From Rhodocyclaceae bacterium (GTDB lineage Bacteria; Pseudomonadota; Gammaproteobacteria; Burkholderiales; Rhodocyclaceae), in NCBI GenBank assembly GCA_041678045.1, contig JBAYOV010000009.1:3579-67578 (forward strand): 64,000 bases of DNA. The letters are read 5' to 3'. The notes below the pieces were generated by a model. The model saw only the letters and a list, made by a program, of their open reading frames with translations, did not search any database and was not told the DNA's origin. Both the position numbers and the translations under genes were made by a program. Each line of letters starts with the position of its first letter. The first letter of the stretch is position 1. This document shows, piece after piece, positions 59,270 through 64,000 of this stretch.

Positions 59270-59808
59270 GATGCGTGTGCCTCCGCATGTCCGGTGCCGC
59301 GCCAGGCGGTGTACAGCGCGGTAAACGCCAGCAGCATGAAACCCGGCCCCAGCGTGACGTACGACCACCACAGGGGCCAGCCCAGAATCATGCCGGTTTC
59401 CCCGGTCTGGCTGGCCTCCCAGGCGCCCACGAAGCTGCGCCATGCAATCACCCCGGCTCCCAGCGCAAGCAGCAGCGCGGCGATGCGGTCGAGCACCCCG
59501 CGCACGGCGGGCGAAGCGGTATGCGTGAAGAAATCGACGATCACATGCGCATTCTTCATCTGAGCATACGGCAGACAGGCCGCAATCGCGATCGCGCAGC
59601 CCATCTGCACCATTTCCACATCGCCGAACACCGGCGCGGAAAACAGCCAGCGCCCGACGACGCTGTAAGCCGACACAGCACAGATGGCCAGCAACACCGC
59701 CGCGCCACCCAGCGCCGACAGCTGTGACCAGACGAACAGGAAGCGCCCGAGCGGATCGCGCGGACCGGGGTCGCGCTGGTCGTCGAGCTGAGGAATGACC
59801 TCTGCCAT
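59266..59808 (-). CDS. dctQ: TRAP transporter small permease DctQ
   Basis: 180-aa four-TM protein lying between dctP and dctM. Confidence 0.88.
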   Translation of the reverse strand: MAEVIPQLDDQRDPGPRDPLGRFLFVWSQLSALGGAAVLLAICAVSAYSVVGRWLFSAPVFGDVEMVQMGCAIAIAACLPYAQMKNAHVIVDFFTHTASPAVRGVLDRIAALLLALGAGVIAWRSFVGAWEASQTGETGMILGWPLWWSYVTLGPGFMLLAFTALYTAWRGTGHAEAHAS

Positions 59809-59890
59809 TGGGATTGTCTCCAGGATGAAGCAACAGGCGCTCTTCGCGACGCCTTGTGCCTATGAAACCCGGCCCCCAAATACCCTCTTT

Positions 59891-59956
59891 CCGTTCGGTC
59901 TGAGCCTGTCGAAGCCCAGTCCCGGCAGCGCCCTTCGACAAGCTCAGGGCGAGCGG
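59891..59956. repeat. REP-like imperfect palindrome between dctP and dctQ
   Basis: CCGTTCGGTCTGAGCCTGTCGAAG - 18 nt - CTTCGACAAGCTCAGGGCGAGCGG, with 20 of 24 arm positions complementary. The core is shared with 9282-9346. Confidence 0.75.
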
Positions 59957-60025
59957 GGGTCAGTCAATGAAAGGGCCGGATTAATAAAGGACCGGGTTAA
60001 ATCATGCGCGTGCCGGGCGGGCGGG

Positions 60026-61054
60026 TTACTGGCTGTTCTGCTCGATCAGGGCCTTTGCGGTGTCGAGCATCTGCTGGCCGGGGTAGCCCTTGCCGTCCAT
60101 TTCCTTCACCCACTCGGTGGCCAGGCGCTCGCCAACCTTCTTCCACTCCCCGGCCTCGCTGGCAGGAATGGTGTAGAAGCGGTTGCCACGCTCCACCGCC
60201 TGCTGGCGGGCGGCCGGGGCGGACTCATCCCAGGCACGGCCGATCTGCGCCGAAAAGTCGGCACCGGAGTTGGCGTCGATCACCGCCTTCAGGTCATCGG
60301 GCAGGCTGTCGTAGCGCGCCTTGTTCATCGCGATGGTGAAGAAGGTGGTGTACAGCGACGGCTCGGACGGATCCATCTCGGTGTGATAGCGGGTCATCTC
60401 ATGCAGTTTCATGGTCGGAATCACCTCCCACGGCAGCACATAGCCATCCACCACCCCCTTGGAGACCGCATCCGGCGTTTGCGGCATCGGCATCGCCACC
60501 GGCGTCGCGCCCAGGTGCGCAATCATGCGGTTGGTGAGCCGGGTCGGCGCGCGCATCTTCAAGCCACGGAAATCGGAAATCTTGCGGATCTCGCGCTTGT
60601 TGTTGTGGATGTGGCCGGCATCATGCACATGAAAGGCCAGCGGCTTGACCGACTCGAAATCCTTCTGCCCGAACTGCTCGTAGTACAGCCAGGCCGCGCG
60701 GCTCGCCCCTTCCGCATTGCGGGTGATGAAGGGCAGCTCGAACACCTCCACCGACGGGAAGCGACCGGCGGTGTACCCCGGCAGGGTCCATACGATGTCC
60801 GCCACGCCATCGACCGCCTGCTGGATGAGCTGCGGCGGCGTGCCGCCCAACTGCATCGCAGGATAAATCTGGCACTTCAGCCGGTTATTGGACTCGGCAG
60901 CAATCTTTGCGCACCAGGGCTCCAGAATCTTCTGCTGGCTCAGTGCGGTGGAAGGCCAGAAGTGGGCCACCTTGAGGGTGATTTCCTCGGCCTGGGCCGG
61001 TGCGACGACGGCCATCAGCCCGATGGCGGCGGCAAGCAGGGTTTTTTTCATCAT
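60026..61054 (-). CDS. dctP: TRAP transporter substrate-binding protein DctP
   Basis: Signal peptide MMKKTLLAAAIGLMAVVAPAQA and a DctP-family body (ITLKVAHFWPSTA...). GGAGGA RBS. Confidence 0.92.
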   Translation of the reverse strand: MMKKTLLAAAIGLMAVVAPAQAEEITLKVAHFWPSTALSQQKILEPWCAKIAAESNNRLKCQIYPAMQLGGTPPQLIQQAVDGVADIVWTLPGYTAGRFPSVEVFELPFITRNAEGASRAAWLYYEQFGQKDFESVKPLAFHVHDAGHIHNNKREIRKISDFRGLKMRAPTRLTNRMIAHLGATPVAMPMPQTPDAVSKGVVDGYVLPWEVIPTMKLHEMTRYHTEMDPSEPSLYTTFFTIAMNKARYDSLPDDLKAVIDANSGADFSAQIGRAWDESAPAARQQAVERGNRFYTIPASEAGEWKKVGERLATEWVKEMDGKGYPGQQMLDTAKALIEQNSQ

Positions 61055-61103
61055 GATGTTGTCTCCTCCGTTGTTGTCGGTCCACGCGTGTGCTCGGGCC
61101 GGC

Positions 61104-62114
61104 TCAGCCCGGCAGGGCGGCGACCTCGTTTTCAATGCGACCGAACAGGCTGTTGCCCTCGGCGTCGAACATCTCGATGCGCACCCGGTCACCGGCGCGC
61201 ATGAAGGGCGTGAGCGGCTTGCCTTGTTCGATGGTTTCATAGGTGCGCACTTCGGCCAGGCAGCAATAGCCCACCCCGCCGTTGTCGATGGACGACCCCC
61301 ACAGGTTGCCCTGCTTGTTCGACACCGTGCCGGAGCCCACGATGGAGCCGGCTTCCAGCTCGCGGGTCTTTGCCACATGGGCAATCAGCTGACCAAAGTC
61401 GAAAGTCATGTCCACTCCGGCATCGGGCTGGCCGAAGAGCCGGTCGTTCAGATGCACCACCAGCGGCCGATGCACCTTTGCCCCCTGCCAGGCGCCCCCC
61501 AGTTCGTCCGGGGTGATCGCCACCGGGCTGAAAGCGCTCGCCGGCTTGCTCTGGAAAAAGCCGAAGCCCTTCGCCAGTTCGTTCGGAATCAGGTTGCGCA
61601 GGCTCACGTCATTCACCAGCATGAGCAGGCGAATCGCCCGCGCCGCAACCTCCGGCGTGGCGCCCATCGGCACGTCGCCGGTCACCACGGTGACCTCGGC
61701 CTCGAAGTCGATGCCCCAGCTTTCATCGGCCACCACCTTGTCGCGCGGACCGATGAAACTGTCCGAACCGCCCTGGTACATCAGCGGATCGGTATAGAAG
61801 GAAGCCGGCACCTCGGCGCCCCGCGCCCGACGCACCAGCTCCACATGATTGATGTAGGCCGAACCGTCGGCCCACTGATAGGCACGCGGCAGCGGCGAAT
61901 GGCAGGCCGCCTGATCAAAAGGCTCGGACTCCAGCGCCCCGCTGTTGAGCGCCTCATACACCTGGCGCAGTTGCGGCTCGCACACCGCCCAGTCATCCAG
62001 CGCGGCCTGCAGGGTGCGCGCAATGGAAGGCACTGCACGGCAGCGCGCCAGATCGCGGCTGACCACCACCAGCGTACCGTCGCGGCCGCCGCTCTTGAGG
62101 GTTGCGAGCTTCAC
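61104..62114 (-). CDS. Fumarylacetoacetate hydrolase (FAH) family protein, about 336-aa type
   Basis: GTG start (VKLATLKSGGRDGTLVVV) after an AAGGAG RBS, overlapping the upstream stop (GTGA). The FAH fold core has GIDFEAEVTVVTG and GSGTVSN. Confidence 0.88.
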   Translation of the reverse strand: MKLATLKSGGRDGTLVVVSRDLARCRAVPSIARTLQAALDDWAVCEPQLRQVYEALNSGALESEPFDQAACHSPLPRAYQWADGSAYINHVELVRRARGAEVPASFYTDPLMYQGGSDSFIGPRDKVVADESWGIDFEAEVTVVTGDVPMGATPEVAARAIRLLMLVNDVSLRNLIPNELAKGFGFFQSKPASAFSPVAITPDELGGAWQGAKVHRPLVVHLNDRLFGQPDAGVDMTFDFGQLIAHVAKTRELEAGSIVGSGTVSNKQGNLWGSSIDNGGVGYCCLAEVRTYETIEQGKPLTPFMRAGDRVRIEMFDAEGNSLFGRIENEVAALPG

Positions 62115-62662
62115 TGGAACATCTCCTTGTAGCTGCCATCGTGCATCCATGCGGCGTGGCGCGGGGCCTTGCGGGTCTGCGACCACTCTTCGAGCATCTC
62201 CCACTTCACCTTGTCGAGCGCTTCCAGCATGCCCGGGCGCAGGGTGTTGCAGGCCAGCTCCAGGCGATGGCCATTCGGGTCGTAAAAGTAGATCGACTGG
62301 AACAGCGCATGGTCGGTCGGCCCCACCACTTCGATGCCCGCCGCCTCCAGGCGCGCCTTGGTGGCCATCAGCGTGTCCATGGAATCCACCTCCAGCGCCA
62401 GATGCTGGGTCCATGCCGGGGTGTTTTCATCGCGTCCCATCGGGGCGCGGGTGGGCAGCTCGAAAAAGGCCAGCACGTTGCCCATGCCGGCATCCATGAA
62501 GATGTGCATGTAGGGGTCCGGCTCCTTGGTCGATGGCACCGCGTCCTCGGCAATCGACAGCACCAGCTTCATGCCCAGGTGCTGTTCATACCAGCGGGCG
62601 GTTTCCAGCGCATCCTTGCAGCGGTAGGCCACATGGTGAATCTTCCTGACGATGGCTTCCAT
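62111..62662 (-). CDS. VOC-family (glyoxalase/extradiol dioxygenase fold) metalloenzyme, 183 aa
   Basis: IHHVAYRC..., TQHLALEV and NGHRLELA fit the H/H/E metal-triad spacing of VOC enzymes. GGAGGAGA RBS. Confidence 0.85.
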   Translation of the reverse strand: MEAIVRKIHHVAYRCKDALETARWYEQHLGMKLVLSIAEDAVPSTKEPDPYMHIFMDAGMGNVLAFFELPTRAPMGRDENTPAWTQHLALEVDSMDTLMATKARLEAAGIEVVGPTDHALFQSIYFYDPNGHRLELACNTLRPGMLEALDKVKWEMLEEWSQTRKAPRHAAWMHDGSYKEMFQ

Positions 62663-62825
62663 TGTTGTCTCCTCCAGTCATTGTGCATCGCGAACGCGGC
62701 GCCCTCGTGGTCCGTGCCCGCCTGTGATCCTGTCGTGTGCTTGCCCGGTCTTGTGCGCGCCGTTTGGCATGGCCTCCATTTAAGGCGAAAACGAACTATC
62801 ATTCAAACAGCTTTTTCAGATTCAT

Positions 62826-62836
62826 TTATCGGATAA
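62826..62836. promoter_or_regulatory. LysR-type T-N11-A-like palindrome TTATC-G-GATAA
   Basis: Lies in the 182-bp divergent region, 9 nt upstream of the LysR ATG. Confidence 0.35.
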
Positions 62837-62844
62837 AGTAATTA

Positions 62845-63771
62845 ATGAATATCAGCCTGCGCCAGCTCCGCGCCTTTGTCGCCGTCGCCCGTACCGGCAG
62901 CTTCACCCTGGCAGCCGAAGGGCTGTTCATCACCCAGTCCGCGCTGAGCGGCCTGATCAAGGAAATGGAACGCTCGCTGGGCGTGCGGTTGTTCGACCGC
63001 AGCACCCGGCGCATCCAGCTCACCGACATCGGGCGTGGCATCTATCCGCTGATCGACAAGATCCTGCACGACCTGGATGGCGTGCTCGAAGAGGTGGCCC
63101 ATCTCAAGGCCCTGAAAAAAGGCGTGGTGCGCGTTGCCGCGCCACAACTGATGGCCAGCACCCTGCTACCGGAGGTGATTGCCGCCTATACCGCGCGCCA
63201 CCCGGAGATCGACCTGCGCCTGATCGACTGCGCGGTGGAGAGCGTCACCTCGCGGGTGTTCTCGGGTGAAGTGGATTTCGGCGTCGGCCCGGAGCGCGAC
63301 CCGAACTCCGACATCGACGCCACGGTGCTGTTCGAGCTGCCCTTTCACGCGGTGTTTCCGCCCGGGCACCCGCTGGCAGCGCTGCCCCGGGTTCACTGGG
63401 CCGATCTGGTCGACTACCCGCTGATCACGCTGCAGGGCCAATTCACCGAACGCCTGTCGGTGGACCTGCGGGCCGCCCTGCGCGAGCGCGATCTCGACCC
63501 CAACACCACGGTCACGTTCATGTCTACCGCCCTGAGCATGGTGGCCGCCGGCCTCGGCGTGAGCATCTGCATCCCCTATGCTGCCTCGCTGGTGCGCCTG
63601 TATCGCCTCGAAATGCGCCTGCTCCACGACCCGGAAGTCACCCGCCGCTTCTATGTCTTCACCCGCAACGGCCGCGCCCTGTCACCGGCCGCCGAAAGCT
63701 TTCGCGACTGTCTGTTCGAGCACATCCGGGCACATGACTGGATGGCCCCGCCTCGGCCCACGCCCGGCTGA
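62845..63771 (+). CDS. LysR-family transcriptional regulator
   Basis: N-terminal wHTH MNISLRQLRAFVAVARTGSFTLAAEGLFITQSALSGLIKEME plus a LysR substrate-binding domain. Divergent from the VOC-FAH-TRAP operon. Confidence 0.93.
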   Translation: MNISLRQLRAFVAVARTGSFTLAAEGLFITQSALSGLIKEMERSLGVRLFDRSTRRIQLTDIGRGIYPLIDKILHDLDGVLEEVAHLKALKKGVVRVAAPQLMASTLLPEVIAAYTARHPEIDLRLIDCAVESVTSRVFSGEVDFGVGPERDPNSDIDATVLFELPFHAVFPPGHPLAALPRVHWADLVDYPLITLQGQFTERLSVDLRAALRERDLDPNTTVTFMSTALSMVAAGLGVSICIPYAASLVRLYRLEMRLLHDPEVTRRFYVFTRNGRALSPAAESFRDCLFEHIRAHDWMAPPRPTPG

Positions 63772-63804
63772 CCCCACCATGGAAGCGCCCACGCAGCCCG
63801 TCGC

Positions 63805-64000
63805 TCAACCCCCCTCACCCCCGAACAACACCTCGACCCAGGCATCCAGCACCGGATGCGGCTCGGCATGGCGACGGCGGATCAGCACCGTCGGCGACAA
63901 CCCCAAATGCACGGGCAAGCGGTGACTGGCCACCTGATCGCCACGCGGATGCGCGGCCAGCAGGCTGGCCGGCAACACCCCCACCCCCAGTCCCGCCGCC
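63805..64000 (-). CDS. LysR-family regulator, C-terminal fragment (runs off the window)
   Basis: Hand translation of the minus strand gives ...AAGLGVGVLPASLLAAHPRGDQVASHRLPVHLGLSPTVLIRRRHAEPHPVLDAWVEVLFGGEGG*. It is not in the ORF track because the start lies outside the window. Confidence 0.7.
   Translation of the reverse strand, partial: AAGLGVGVLPASLLAAHPRGDQVASHRLPVHLGLSPTVLIRRRHAEPHPVLDAWVEVLFGGEGG

Overview
GC-rich (roughly two-thirds G+C by eye) proteobacterial chromosome segment. Gene order and protein sequences look betaproteobacterial, possibly Rhodocyclales such as Thauera or Azoarcus, but that is inference only. The window is gene-dense and mostly core. It holds hslVU; ybgC-tolQRAB-pal-cpoB followed by queE and queC; a YeeE-type sulfur transporter; two tandem tRNA-Lys genes; and an HD-GYP phosphodiesterase with an orphan TrpB2. 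thiL-pgpA-cinA-recA-recX then runs directly into lptB-rpoN-hpf and ptsN-hprK. After that come ilvA; slt; cca; ttcA; pyrE; xthA; fccAB; and upp/hpt. I saw no rRNA, CRISPR array, transposase, integrase or phage genes. The many long antisense ORFs in the track are GC-bias artefacts. Less ordinary content is as follows. (1) A minor-pilin operon fimT-pilV-pilW-pilX has no pilY1, pilE or major pilin; its PilW carries an acidic/Pro-rich linker and a 6-Cys C-terminal module, and its PilX is enlarged with a beta-helix-like domain. (2) A LysR-flanked seven-gene operon encodes a small VOC enzyme, an FAH hydrolase, TRAP dctPQM, maiA and an MFS protein, with no cupin dioxygenase. (3) A translationally coupled DUF4124 / cytoplasmic Mo-bisMGD oxidoreductase / sirtuin unit lies behind pyrE. 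(4) An orphan Tat-lipoprotein solute-binding protein sits next to a membrane PAS-GGDEF-EAL sensor whose reading frame is broken. (5) Also present are a cyclase-homology + FHA fusion, a 1304-aa DUF3683-FAD-FeS/CCG fusion enzyme, a tandem-STAS protein, a VapBC module and two copies of a REP-like hairpin. I cannot point to one clear-cut undescribed system. Items 1-4 are the best candidates and all remain hypotheses that need database or structure searches I cannot run. Start codons were refined by hand from the ORF track (which also reports GTG/TTG starts as M) and several are uncertain.
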